Shown: positions 1-10,322 of the stretch, in pieces
How positions within the stretch are numbered: position 1 is the first letter of the stretch
Layout of the letters: each line of letters opens with the position of its first letter
Source: Polyangiaceae bacterium
Lineage (GTDB): Bacteria; Myxococcota_A; Polyangia; Polyangiales; Polyangiaceae
Direction of reading: 5' to 3'
Length of the DNA stretch: 37,636 nucleotides
NCBI GenBank assembly: GCA_044222475.1
Contig: JBGANF010000078.1
Span: 1-37,636 of the forward strand
The notes under the pieces: generated by a model
Seen by the model: the letters and a program-made list of their open reading frames with translations, nothing else
Database searches by the model: none
What the model was told of the DNA's origin: nothing
Translations under genes and position numbers: made by a program

Positions 1-2
1 TG

Positions 3-314
3 AGCCGCGCCAGCAAGACGCTCCGCTGGGGCCTCGCGCGCATGCTCGACGTGATCGGGATCCTTCCCGTCTTTCTCATGCTTCGACTGCGATCGTTCGA
101 CGAGCTCTCGGTCGAAGACCGCGTGCACATGCTCGAGAAGATGGACCGTTCGTCGTTCGCGCCGCTCGCCCTGATGGTGGTGGCCTACAAGACGCTCATG
201 ACGATGTGCTGGTTCGAGGCTCCGGCCATGCTCGCGCGCGTCGGCTACCCCGGCGACCTCGCGCGGGAGAAGTACAAGCGCTCGCTGCCGGTCAGCACCG
301 AGGCGGCACAATGA
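3..314 (+). CDS. Partial (5'-truncated) hypothetical protein, likely small partner subunit of the downstream GMC oxidoreductase (gluconate 2-dehydrogenase subunit-3-like)
   Basis: Frame is open back to the window start (SRASKTLRWGLARM...). C-terminal ...LARVGYPG resembles small dehydrogenase subunits. Stop TGA overlaps the next ATG (ATGA at 311-314). Confidence 0.6.
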   Translation, partial: SRASKTLRWGLARMLDVIGILPVFLMLRLRSFDELSVEDRVHMLEKMDRSSFAPLALMVVAYKTLMTMCWFEAPAMLARVGYPGDLAREKYKRSLPVSTEAAQ

Positions 315-1849
315 GCATCACGCGCGGCCGCGAGATCGGCGCCCCGCTTCGCATCTCGTGCGACGCCGTCATCGTCGGCTCCGGCGCGGGCGGCGCGGTG
401 ATGGCCCGCGAGCTCGCTCGCGCCGGCCTCGAGGTCGTGATCCTCGAGGAGGGCGCGCACGTCCCCAAAGAGGTCTACGGCAAGCTCCCGCCCACGCAGA
501 GCCTGCGACGCATGGCGCGCGAGGCCGGGCTCAACACCGCGATCGGCCTCGGCGACACGCCGCTGATCAGCCTGATGGCCGGCAAGGTCGTGGGCGGTTC
601 GAGCGTGCTCACCGGTGGCGTCGCCTACCGCATCCCGACGGAGGTCCTCGAGGACTGGGACGAGCGCCTCGCGCTGCACCACTTGAGCCCGGCGGCGATG
701 GATCCGTTCTTCGCCGAGATCGAGCGCGCGGTTCACGTCGAGACGGTGCCCGTCTCGATGCAGTCGCGCTCGACGGTCCTCTTCGGCGAGGGCGCGGCGA
801 AGATGGGCTACACGATGCAGCCGATTCGCCGGAACACCAGCGGCTGTCAGGGCGCGTCACGCTGCACCTTCGGCTGCCCGCACGGCGCGAAGATGAGCGT
901 CGACATCTCGTTCCTCCCCGCCGCGTTCGAGGCCGGAGCGCGCCTCTACAGCGACGCGCTCGTCGAGCGGGTCGACGTGACGGGCGGGCGAGCCCGCGGC
1001 GTGCGCGGTCGCTTCCTCGACCAGGACACCGGCGAGCCGCGCGTCCCGTTCGAGATCAAAGCGCGACTCGTGATCGTCGCGTGCGGCTCGATCCACACGC
1101 CGGTGCTCCTCCGCCAGAGCGGGCTCGGCGGCCCCCACATCGGGCGCCACATGACGCTCCACCCCGCGTTCCGCGTCGCCGCCGTCTTCGACGAAGAGAT
1201 CGACGGCTGGGACGGCGCGATGCAGAGCGCGTTCATCGGCGACCTCATGCACGAGGGGCTGATCTTCAACAGCGTGTATTCCGCACCCAACATACTCGCC
1301 GCCGCGTTTCCCGGTGTCGGCAAGGAGCAGATGCGGCTCACCCACAAGGTGAGGAACCTCGCCGTCTTCGGCGGGATGGTCCACGACGACGCCGGCGGCA
1401 CCGTGCGCCGCTGGATCTCCCGCGAGCCGCTCCTCACCTACCGCATGAGCGCGCGCGACCGCGAGCGGATGTGGAAAGGGATGCAGCTCCTGGGTCAATG
1501 GGCGTTCGCAGCCGGCGCGAAGGAGGTGCTCCTCCCGCTGTTCGGCTCCGAGACGGTGAAGAAGCCGAAGGAGCTCGACGACCTCACGAAGCACCCGCCG
1601 AAGGCGAACCGCGTCGAGTGCATGTCGTTTCACCCGCTCGGGACGGCCAAGATGAGCGTCGACCCGCGCGACGGCGTCGTGAAGCCGAGCGGCGAGACCT
1701 GGCAGGTGGAGAACCTGATCGTCTGCGACGGGAGCGTCGTGCCGACGAGCGTCGGGGTGAACTCGCAGATCCCGATCATGAGCGTCGCGCTGATGCTCGC
1801 GCGTAGGACCGTCGAGGACTGGAAGACCTACTCGCGTCGCGTCGCCTAA
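311..1849 (+). CDS. GMC family oxidoreductase (FAD-dependent), 512 aa
   Basis: FAD motif IVGSGAGG, VVGGSS, C-terminal FHPLGTAKM and DGSVVPTSVGVN. Start moved to ATG 311 because of the ATGA overlap. Confidence 0.9.
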   Translation: MSITRGREIGAPLRISCDAVIVGSGAGGAVMARELARAGLEVVILEEGAHVPKEVYGKLPPTQSLRRMAREAGLNTAIGLGDTPLISLMAGKVVGGSSVLTGGVAYRIPTEVLEDWDERLALHHLSPAAMDPFFAEIERAVHVETVPVSMQSRSTVLFGEGAAKMGYTMQPIRRNTSGCQGASRCTFGCPHGAKMSVDISFLPAAFEAGARLYSDALVERVDVTGGRARGVRGRFLDQDTGEPRVPFEIKARLVIVACGSIHTPVLLRQSGLGGPHIGRHMTLHPAFRVAAVFDEEIDGWDGAMQSAFIGDLMHEGLIFNSVYSAPNILAAAFPGVGKEQMRLTHKVRNLAVFGGMVHDDAGGTVRRWISREPLLTYRMSARDRERMWKGMQLLGQWAFAAGAKEVLLPLFGSETVKKPKELDDLTKHPPKANRVECMSFHPLGTAKMSVDPRDGVVKPSGETWQVENLIVCDGSVVPTSVGVNSQIPIMSVALMLARRTVEDWKTYSRRVA

Positions 1850-1897
1850 AGGACGAATGCGGCGGAATGTGGAACATTCCCCCCGCATTCGTCTTTT
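1848..1897. terminator. Bidirectional hairpin terminator between the convergent GMC and eno genes
   Basis: GACGAATGCGG/CCGCATTCGTC (11 bp) plus inner GGAATGT/ACATTCC (7 bp) stems, flanked by AAA and TTTT. Confidence 0.75.
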
Positions 1898-1917
1898 GAT
1901 CGGAGGACGCGAGCTCG

Positions 1918-3201
<1,284 letters not shown>

Positions 3202-3204
3202 TTA

Positions 3205-5187
3205 TCACGGATCGCCGGCGGCGAAAACCTCCGACCAGAAGCGGCGCACTTCCTCGACCGAACGCAGGCGCCGCGCCGGCGGGAGCGCGTCGAGCAGGGG
3301 GCGCCCGTAACTCTTCGTCAGCGCACGACGATCGAGCAAGGCCACCACGCCGGCGTCGCGCTCGGAGCGCAGGAGGCGGCCGAACCCTTGCTTCAGCGTG
3401 ATGGCCGCCGCCGGGAGCGAGTAGCTGCGAAACGAGCTCTCGCCGCGCTCCTCGAGCGCCTGCGACCGCGCCGCGACGACCGGGTCCGTCGGAACCGGGA
3501 ACGGGATCTTGTCCATGACGACGAGGCGCAGCGCGTCTCCGGGGACGTCGACGCCCTCCCAGAAGCTCATCGTCGCGACGAGCACCGCGTGACCGTCCGC
3601 GCGGAACTGAGCGAGCAACGCGCCCTTCGGCCGCTCGCCTTGGAGGAGGAGCGGCCCGCGGAAGCGCCCGCGCAAACGCGTGTAGAGTGCATTCATCGAG
3701 CGGAGCGACGTGCACAGGACGAACGCCCCGCCGCCGCTCACCTCGAGCAGCTCGAGGATCCGCTCCGACGCCGCCTCTTCGAACGCCGGGTCCTGGGGCT
3801 CCGGCAGATCGCGCGCGACGTACAAGCCCGCGCGGCGCTCGAAGTCGAACGGCGACGGAACCAGGAGCTCGTCGGCGGAGTGGGCACCCAGGCGCTGCTT
3901 GGCGAACGAGAAATCGGCGCGACCCACTCCGCTCGACGTGGCGATCGTCGCGCTCGTCCCGATGACGGCGCGCCCACCGTCGAAGAGGGTCGCCTCGAGC
4001 TCGGGACCGAGGTCGACCGGGCTGTAGCCGAGGACGACGCTGCGATCGCGCTCCTCGATCCACGCGACGCGCCCGCCGCCCTCGCGCTCCACCGCCGAGA
4101 ACACGTCGGCGAGCGCGCTGCGCGCCTCGGCCGCGCGTCGACCGACCTGCACCTCGGCCGGGCGCGTCGGGTCGACCGTGCGGCTCAGTCCTTCGAGGCA
4201 GCCGTCGAGTCGACCGTACTCGCGCCGAACCTCCGACGTGACGTCGCGCGTGGAGAGCGGCCGACGCGCCTTGCCGCCGTAGGTCTTGGAGCCGCCCCGC
4301 GGTAGCTCGGCGAAGAACCGCGCGCTCGCCTCGAGCACGAGCTCGAAGACCGGCCGCGCCGCACCGCTCGCCTTCTCTTGCGGGAACGCGCGTCGCGCGT
4401 CGCGCACGAGCGCCTCGATGCGTGACGACGAGACGCTCGCGCCGAAGAACGTCGTCGCGACGTCTTCGAGCTGATGCACCTCGTCGAAGATCACCGCGTC
4501 GTGCGCCGGGAGCACGCCGGCTTCGCCGCGCCCCGTTCGGCGGAGGGCCATGTCGGCGCAGTAGAGGTGATGGTTCACGACCACGACGTCGGCGTCCTCC
4601 GCGTCTCTGCGCATGCGGGTGACGAAGCACTCTTCGTAGTGCGGACACGTCGGCCCGATGCGCGTGTCGCTCCCCGAGTGGACGTCCATCCACGACGGAT
4701 CGTCCTCCGGAAGCGCCGCGAGCTCGGCTCGGTCGCCGGTCTCGCTCCCGCGCGCCCAGTCGGCGATCGTGTAGATGCGGCGATCGGCGCCGCCCGGCTG
4801 GAGCAGCGCTTCCTGGAGGCGCCGCTTGCACAGGTAGTTCGATAGGCCCTTCATCAAGACGGCGCGGAACGCGACGCCGTGGGGCGCGAGGATCTCCTTC
4901 ACGAGGGGGAGGTCCTTGGTGAAGATCTGGTCCTGGAGCGCCTTCGTCGCGGTGGAGATCACGACCTTCCGCCGCGAGAGCACCGCTGGAACGAGGTACG
5001 CGAGGGTCTTTCCCGTGCCGGTCCCCGCTTCGACGAGCAGGCTGCGGTGCGACTCCAGCGCGCCCAGCACCGCCTCCGCCATGGCCCGCTGCCCGCTGCG
5101 CTCTTCGTAGCCGGTGAGCGCGCGCGACAGCGCCGAGCCGGCGCCGAGGATCTCCCCCAACGTCGGGGTGGTCACGAGTCCCTGCAC
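3205..5187 (-). CDS. ATP-dependent DNA helicase, DinG/YoaA family
   Basis: Walker A EAGTGTGKT, DEVH box, SFWEGVDVPG and QGFGRLLR. Start chosen as GTG 5187 (alternative GTG 5175), 7 nt after a TAGTGT -10 box. Confidence 0.92.
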   Translation of the reverse strand: MQGLVTTPTLGEILGAGSALSRALTGYEERSGQRAMAEAVLGALESHRSLLVEAGTGTGKTLAYLVPAVLSRRKVVISTATKALQDQIFTKDLPLVKEILAPHGVAFRAVLMKGLSNYLCKRRLQEALLQPGGADRRIYTIADWARGSETGDRAELAALPEDDPSWMDVHSGSDTRIGPTCPHYEECFVTRMRRDAEDADVVVVNHHLYCADMALRRTGRGEAGVLPAHDAVIFDEVHQLEDVATTFFGASVSSSRIEALVRDARRAFPQEKASGAARPVFELVLEASARFFAELPRGGSKTYGGKARRPLSTRDVTSEVRREYGRLDGCLEGLSRTVDPTRPAEVQVGRRAAEARSALADVFSAVEREGGGRVAWIEERDRSVVLGYSPVDLGPELEATLFDGGRAVIGTSATIATSSGVGRADFSFAKQRLGAHSADELLVPSPFDFERRAGLYVARDLPEPQDPAFEEAASERILELLEVSGGGAFVLCTSLRSMNALYTRLRGRFRGPLLLQGERPKGALLAQFRADGHAVLVATMSFWEGVDVPGDALRLVVMDKIPFPVPTDPVVAARSQALEERGESSFRSYSLPAAAITLKQGFGRLLRSERDAGVVALLDRRALTKSYGRPLLDALPPARRLRSVEEVRRFWSEVFAAGDP

Positions 5188-5254
5188 CGCCCGGACACTA
5201 GCCCAAATCCCTGCAAAGTCGCCCACTGGCGAGTTGGATTGCTACGATGGATGG

Positions 5255-7450
5255 GTGAGCCTCAAGCCCGAACGCCAGCGAAGGAGCACCCGCGCGCGAT
5301 CGCGCACGCCGGTGCCGCCGAGCGACGCGGCGGTCGAGCTGCAGCTCGCGATCGGAAAGCGCGGCCTCGGGATCGAGCTGTCGCGTCCGGCGAAGGCGGG
5401 GCCGGTCACCGTCACCGAGCTCTCGCTCACGTTGCCTTCGGTGCGATTCCCCATCGACGTCTCCGGGGGCGTCCGCCGGTTCCGCCACCGGCGCGGCACG
5501 CTCGAGCGGCTCACCGTCGAGCTGCGCGCCAAGGACCTCGTCCGAGAGTGGGCGCCGCGCCTCGCGGGGTTGATCAGCCGGGGCGCCCCGGACGTCGTGA
5601 TCACGCCGCGCCCCCACGGCGCCACCGTCGCCATGAACGATCCCGAAAGCGAGCGAGCGCTCGCGTTCGAGGTCGCCGTCCTCGCCGAGCACGCCGACCT
5701 GCTGGTGATCCCGTTCGCCGCCCGGGGGCTCGGGCTCCCGCGACCCGCGATCGAGATCGCCGCGCGCGCTCTTCAAGCTCTGCTCCGCGGCGCTGCGTCG
5801 CAGAAGGGTGTCCGATTCCGCATCGCCGCCGCGTACGCCAAGATCGCTCGGGACCTCCTTCCGGAGGCCGGCGCCCGCGCACCCGAGGCAGGCCACGTGC
5901 GCACCGCGGCGATGACGCCCGCTGGAGATGCGTGGATTCTACAAGGATATCGAGACGCGGTGGAGCCGGAGCACTCGAGCGATGCGCTCCTCGCGGCCGA
6001 GCTCTCCGACCAGCTCGCCGACGCCGACGAGGCGCTCCTCGCGAAGGACGACGACCGCGCCCGCGTCCTCTACCTGCACGCGCTTTCGAAGCTTCCGCGT
6101 CACGCCGAGGTGTGCGCCCGCGTCGCGGACATCGATCGGTTGATCCACGGCCGCGAAGAGGCTGCGCGGGGCACGCTGGACGACGCCCCGTTCGGCCCGG
6201 CGACCGCGTGGTTGTCCGCCGAGCTCCTCGAGCGGTCCGGCGACGGCGTCGGCGCGCGGCTCGCGTTCCGGCGCGCCGCCGACGCGGAGCCGGTCGCGCT
6301 CCTCGCGGCGTTCGGGCTCGCCCGCGCCGCGCTCCTCGAGAGCCGACCGCTCGACGCGCTGGCGCTGCTCGACGCGGCGATCGCCCGCGTCCCCACCCAC
6401 CCCATTCTGCGCGAGCGACGAGCGCGCGCGCGCCTCGCGCTCGGTCGCCTCCGCGACGCTCTCTCGGACTACGAGGAGCTCGAGGCGGTGTCGCGAGGAC
6501 ATCGCGCGCGCCACGCCGTGTGGATGCGCGCGGCGACGGCGTGGCTCGGCGCGGGCCACCGGGCCGAGGCGAAGCCGCTCTTCGAGCGCGCTCTTCGCTT
6601 CGCGCCCGACGATGCGCGGTCCCTCGCTGGTCTCGGCGTCTCGATGCTCGCGAGCGGACAACCGGCCCGGGCGATCCAGCTCCTCGGGCGCGCGTTCTCG
6701 ATCCCGACGAGGGAGCCTCCGCCCGACGCGTACCGCGTCGACCTCGCCGAAGCGCTCGCCCGCGAGCTCGGGGACCGCGCCGCCGCCGTCGCCCGTCTGG
6801 GAGAGGTCGCCGACGATTCGGACGAGGCCGCGCTCGCGCGAGGCCTCGAAGGCCGCTTCCGCCGAGAGGTCGACGACGCGTCCGGTGCCTCTCTCGCCTA
6901 CGCGCGCATGCGCGACGTGGTTCTCTCCCGCGCTGTACCAGAACGGTACAAGGCTCGCATCGCCGAGCTCCTCCGCGAGGCGATCGCGTTCGAGGAGCGT
7001 CGCAACGATCTCGTCCTCGCTGCGTCCCACCGTGCCGCGTTCGCGCACGCGTTCCCCACTCTGACGGGTGCGGCCAAGCGCGACCCGGTGCGACCGCAAG
7101 CCGACTCCGAGCCGCCTCCCCCGACCCAGCTGGCCCCGGAGCCCCTCTCCCGAGCCGACGAACGACGTGCCGTCGAGCTCATCGCGCGCTATCGCGATCG
7201 GCCCGAGGATCACGACCTCGTCGACGAGCTCGCCGCGGTGCTCTCTCGTCTCGGCCGGAGCCACGAGCTGCTCGCCCTCCTTTCGGCGCGGCTCGACGAA
7301 GCCGACGAGCGCATCCGCGCGCGCCTCGCTCCCCTCCACCGCGACGTGCTGGCGCGGCTCGAGCGCGAGGCCCGCGAGCGCGGCCACGACAACGAAGCGC
7401 AGCTCTTCCGCGACGCGCTCGTCGGCCTCGGCGGCGCGATCGAGCCGTAG
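5255..7450 (+). CDS. TPR/helical-repeat protein with an uncharacterised N-terminal beta-rich domain, ~731 aa
   Basis: Ala/Leu/Glu/Arg helical repeats (e.g. AKPLFERALRFAPDDARSLAGLG) and GC3-biased frame. GTG 5255 follows an extended -10 (TGcTACGAT). Confidence 0.75.
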   Translation: MSLKPERQRRSTRARSRTPVPPSDAAVELQLAIGKRGLGIELSRPAKAGPVTVTELSLTLPSVRFPIDVSGGVRRFRHRRGTLERLTVELRAKDLVREWAPRLAGLISRGAPDVVITPRPHGATVAMNDPESERALAFEVAVLAEHADLLVIPFAARGLGLPRPAIEIAARALQALLRGAASQKGVRFRIAAAYAKIARDLLPEAGARAPEAGHVRTAAMTPAGDAWILQGYRDAVEPEHSSDALLAAELSDQLADADEALLAKDDDRARVLYLHALSKLPRHAEVCARVADIDRLIHGREEAARGTLDDAPFGPATAWLSAELLERSGDGVGARLAFRRAADAEPVALLAAFGLARAALLESRPLDALALLDAAIARVPTHPILRERRARARLALGRLRDALSDYEELEAVSRGHRARHAVWMRAATAWLGAGHRAEAKPLFERALRFAPDDARSLAGLGVSMLASGQPARAIQLLGRAFSIPTREPPPDAYRVDLAEALARELGDRAAAVARLGEVADDSDEAALARGLEGRFRREVDDASGASLAYARMRDVVLSRAVPERYKARIAELLREAIAFEERRNDLVLAASHRAAFAHAFPTLTGAAKRDPVRPQADSEPPPPTQLAPEPLSRADERRAVELIARYRDRPEDHDLVDELAAVLSRLGRSHELLALLSARLDEADERIRARLAPLHRDVLARLEREARERGHDNEAQLFRDALVGLGGAIEP

Positions 7451-7454
7451 CCTT

Positions 7455-8024
7455 CTAGGACTTCTCGGTCGCGAGGGCGGAGTGCACGTCCGCCAGGGCG
7501 GTGTCGACCGCTGCGGGATCGAGCCCGACTCCGACCGCGAGCTTCGTGAGCACGGAGCGCTCGACGTCGCTCACGTCTTCGCTGGTCTGTGCCAAGAGCG
7601 CCGCGATGCGGAGGAGCTCCATCGCGTGGGCGGGCTTGCTCACGGCCTTGCCGATCGCCGCGACGCGTCCGTCGACGCCGTCCTCGGCGAGCTGGTCGGC
7701 GAAGTCGGCCACCAGGTCGCGGATCTGCGCATCGTCGATGATGCCGCCGCACGCCGCTGCCACGACGCGCTCGAACGCGTCGCGCTCGGCTTCGTCGACG
7801 ACGCCGTCGGCCGCGGCGACCAGGTAGGCACCCTCGAGGATCGCCTCGAAGAGTCGGGCTGCGCTCGGGTCGAAGCCGGTCGGTACCGTCGCCTCGTCGT
7901 CGGGGCGCGCACCGTACGAGAGCGCGGCGAGCAGGAGGATCGACTGGTTCGATCGCGCGCTCGGCGGACCGGACGGCGTTCGCGCGACACGCGCGAGGAG
8001 GTTGATCTTGTCGTCTTCCAGCAT
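7455..8024 (-). CDS. TerB-family (tellurite-resistance-like) protein
   Basis: TerB hallmark LVAAADGVVDEAER, a second SEDVSDVERSVLTKLA repeat and a terminal LGL-like motif. Confidence 0.85.
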   Translation of the reverse strand: MLEDDKINLLARVARTPSGPPSARSNQSILLLAALSYGARPDDEATVPTGFDPSAARLFEAILEGAYLVAAADGVVDEAERDAFERVVAAACGGIIDDAQIRDLVADFADQLAEDGVDGRVAAIGKAVSKPAHAMELLRIAALLAQTSEDVSDVERSVLTKLAVGVGLDPAAVDTALADVHSALATEKS

Positions 8025-8075
8025 GCTCGTCTCGGTACATTACTGCAAAGCCGCTGCGATTTGCGAGGGCTTCGC

Positions 8076-9765
8076 TCAGTTCGGCGGAGACGCGAGGAAC
8101 AGCTCGTAGCGGCCCACGCCGTCGGTGAAGGCCTCCCCGACCAGGCGCGCCGGCCTCGTCGGTGGGTTGGGCCCGGAGCCCTTGTCGGGGAAGGCGTAGG
8201 CGCGGATCAGCGTGCGGACGACGCTGTTTCCGGCTGCGTCGAGGAGGATCCCGTGGCGCACCGACGGAACCGGCACCACGAGGTCGGTCGCGAGATCGAC
8301 GTCGCCAGTGACCGGATGACGCGTCGAGACGACGTACGGGAAGCGCGTCGACGGGTTGGGCCGAACGGTGAGATCGTAGGTCCCCTCGTCCACGAGCAGG
8401 TCGAACTTGCCCTTCTCGTCGGTGGTCGCCTTCGAGTCGCGGGGGAGCGCCGGGGGTCGATCGGGGTACGCCTCGGGAGTGGCGCTGGCGAAGACCTCGG
8501 TCGAGACCGCGGGGGATCCATCGGCGAGGACGACTCGACCGCGGAGGTGCCAGCGAAGCGCGAGGGCGATCCCGGCTCCCACTTGGGGGGCCGAGACGAC
8601 GAAGTTCTTCTTCACGGTCAGCGCTGCGAGGCTGCCGCTGGTGGGGATCGCGTACACGGTGTAGCGCCCGGCGAGGAGGTTCACCGAGTACTCGCCCACG
8701 CGCCCGGGCTCGAGCCGGGTGCGAACCGAACGCCGATAGCTCGCGACGGGTGACTTTCCGTCCTTGTCGAGCAGCTCGTCGGAGTCGAAGACGAGCACGG
8801 CGTCCACCGGAGCGCCCACGTCGCCTTGGAGCGAGACGCGACCCGAGATCGGCACCGGCGGATCCATCGCGGGGAAGATGCCCGGTGCGAACGCTCCGTT
8901 CGTGTCGTCGATGCGCTGCGTCGGGAGGCCCTCGCTGCCGTCAGGGGGCTCGAGGACGAGCTTGGTGCCTTTGCGATCGCTGAGCGGCGTGTAGAGCACC
9001 ACGTCTTGCGACTGCACCGCGTCGAGGACCTTGATGCTCGAGACGCGAACGCCGTCGGCTCGGGCGATGTAGCAGCGGTAGTCGCGAGGCGGAGGCCCCG
9101 CGGCGACGATCTTGAGGTCCACCGAGTTGACGATCATCGAGCCGGGAAACGGCAGCGTGACGAGGTGGAAATTGATCGGACCACCGCCCACCCGGATGCC
9201 CTGAACGATGGGAGGGTAGTTGTCGTACGGGCTGATGGGGTCGACCTCGACCTCGTAGAGACCGCGACCGTCCGCCGAATCGCCGAGCGGGACGTTCGCG
9301 CGGAAGCCCACGCCGAAGCCCGGCTCGGTGCCGTTCGTCGGCGCCGGAGGCGAGAAGATCTCGTCGGTGAGGCTCTCTCTCGTCGGCAACGGGAGCCCGA
9401 GCACGTTGGCGTCGAGCGTTCGTGGGTTGTTCGGATCGGGACTGGCCGGGTCTACCCACAACGGATGAAACAGGAGCTTCACCGGGAGGCTCGCCGGAGT
9501 GAACGACGGGTCGGCCGTGTTCGGGAGGAGGCCGGACGGCGGGGAGATCTTCTTCATGAGCCCGACCGACACGTCGACGAAGCCCTTCGCGGCGACGACC
9601 TGCGGCATCACGTTGCACTCGAGCGTCTTGTCGACGTTGCACCCCTCGGGGCGGACGGGCGCGTCCTTCGCGGTGAAGGCGAACGTCACGCCGGCGGCGA
9701 ACGTCTCGGTCGTGGCAGCCATCGACGAGCGCGACGGCGAACGCGACCGCGGCGACCCGCTTCAT
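8076..9765 (-). CDS. Probable exported/lipo-protein with carboxypeptidase-regulatory-like (prealbumin-fold) beta domains; frameshifted near 9714
   Basis: ATG 9765 overlaps the upstream stop and gives a signal peptide MKRVAAVAFAVALVDGC. The main frame (9713 to 8076) has ISGRV, TTDEKGKFDLLVDEGTYDLTV and TDGVGRYEL motifs. Confidence 0.7.
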
Positions 9766-10322
9766 TGCAGACCGCCGTCCGCCGCTCCGTCCGCGGCGTC
9801 GGAGCCCGCCTCGGGGAGCGGCCCCGCGTCGTAGGTGCCGCAGCTGACGCCGCGCGGCTGGTAGATCCAGTCGGCGACGTCGCCCCCGGGGGGCTTCTTC
9901 GGCGCGTAGGGCGTGTCGCGATCGAACTCGAGCGCGACGACGAGACGGATCTTGTGGCACGTCGTCGGATCGAGGGCGCCCTGCGTGTAGTCGAACTCGA
10001 CGGTGCGCCGCGAGATCCCGGGCGTCGGTTCGAGCGACGACGGGCTCGGGAACTTCGGGTTGAGCTCGTCGAAGTCGATCAGCACGAGGTAGCGGAGCGG
10101 TTGATCCGAATCCACCTCGACCGTGACCGCGAACACGAGCGAGCGCGGGTCGTCGATGATCTCGCCGAGCTTGGGGATCGCGGCAGCGTTGACGATGACC
10201 GGGCGTTGGGGCGCCGGCACCTCGATCGTCGGCGGCGCGTCCGCGAGGATGCAGGCAGCGAGGAGCGCGAACGACGCGGTCGAAACCGCCACGATCATGC
10301 CGCCTCGAAGACCCGACCTCAT
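9762..10322 (-). CDS. Hypothetical lipoprotein, 186 aa
   Basis: Hydrophobic stretch with lipobox LAAC, two further Cys, and a myxobacterial DAG-type tail (DAGPLPEAGSDAADG). ATGA overlaps at both ends. Confidence 0.75.
   Translation of the reverse strand: MRSGLRGGMIVAVSTASFALLAACILADAPPTIEVPAPQRPVIVNAAAIPKLGEIIDDPRSLVFAVTVEVDSDQPLRYLVLIDFDELNPKFPSPSSLEPTPGISRRTVEFDYTQGALDPTTCHKIRLVVALEFDRDTPYAPKKPPGGDVADWIYQPRGVSCGTYDAGPLPEAGSDAADGAADGGLQ

Noticed and set aside
7455..8024. Tellurite-resistance (ter) operon or defence island
   Set aside because: Only a lone TerB-domain gene, with no terA/C/D/Z or defence genes nearby.
8044..8059. Sigma54-like motif upstream of terB (TCGCAG-N5-TTGCA, minus strand)
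   Set aside because: It lacks the invariant GG at -24. A TAATGT -10 box nearer the ATG is a simpler explanation.
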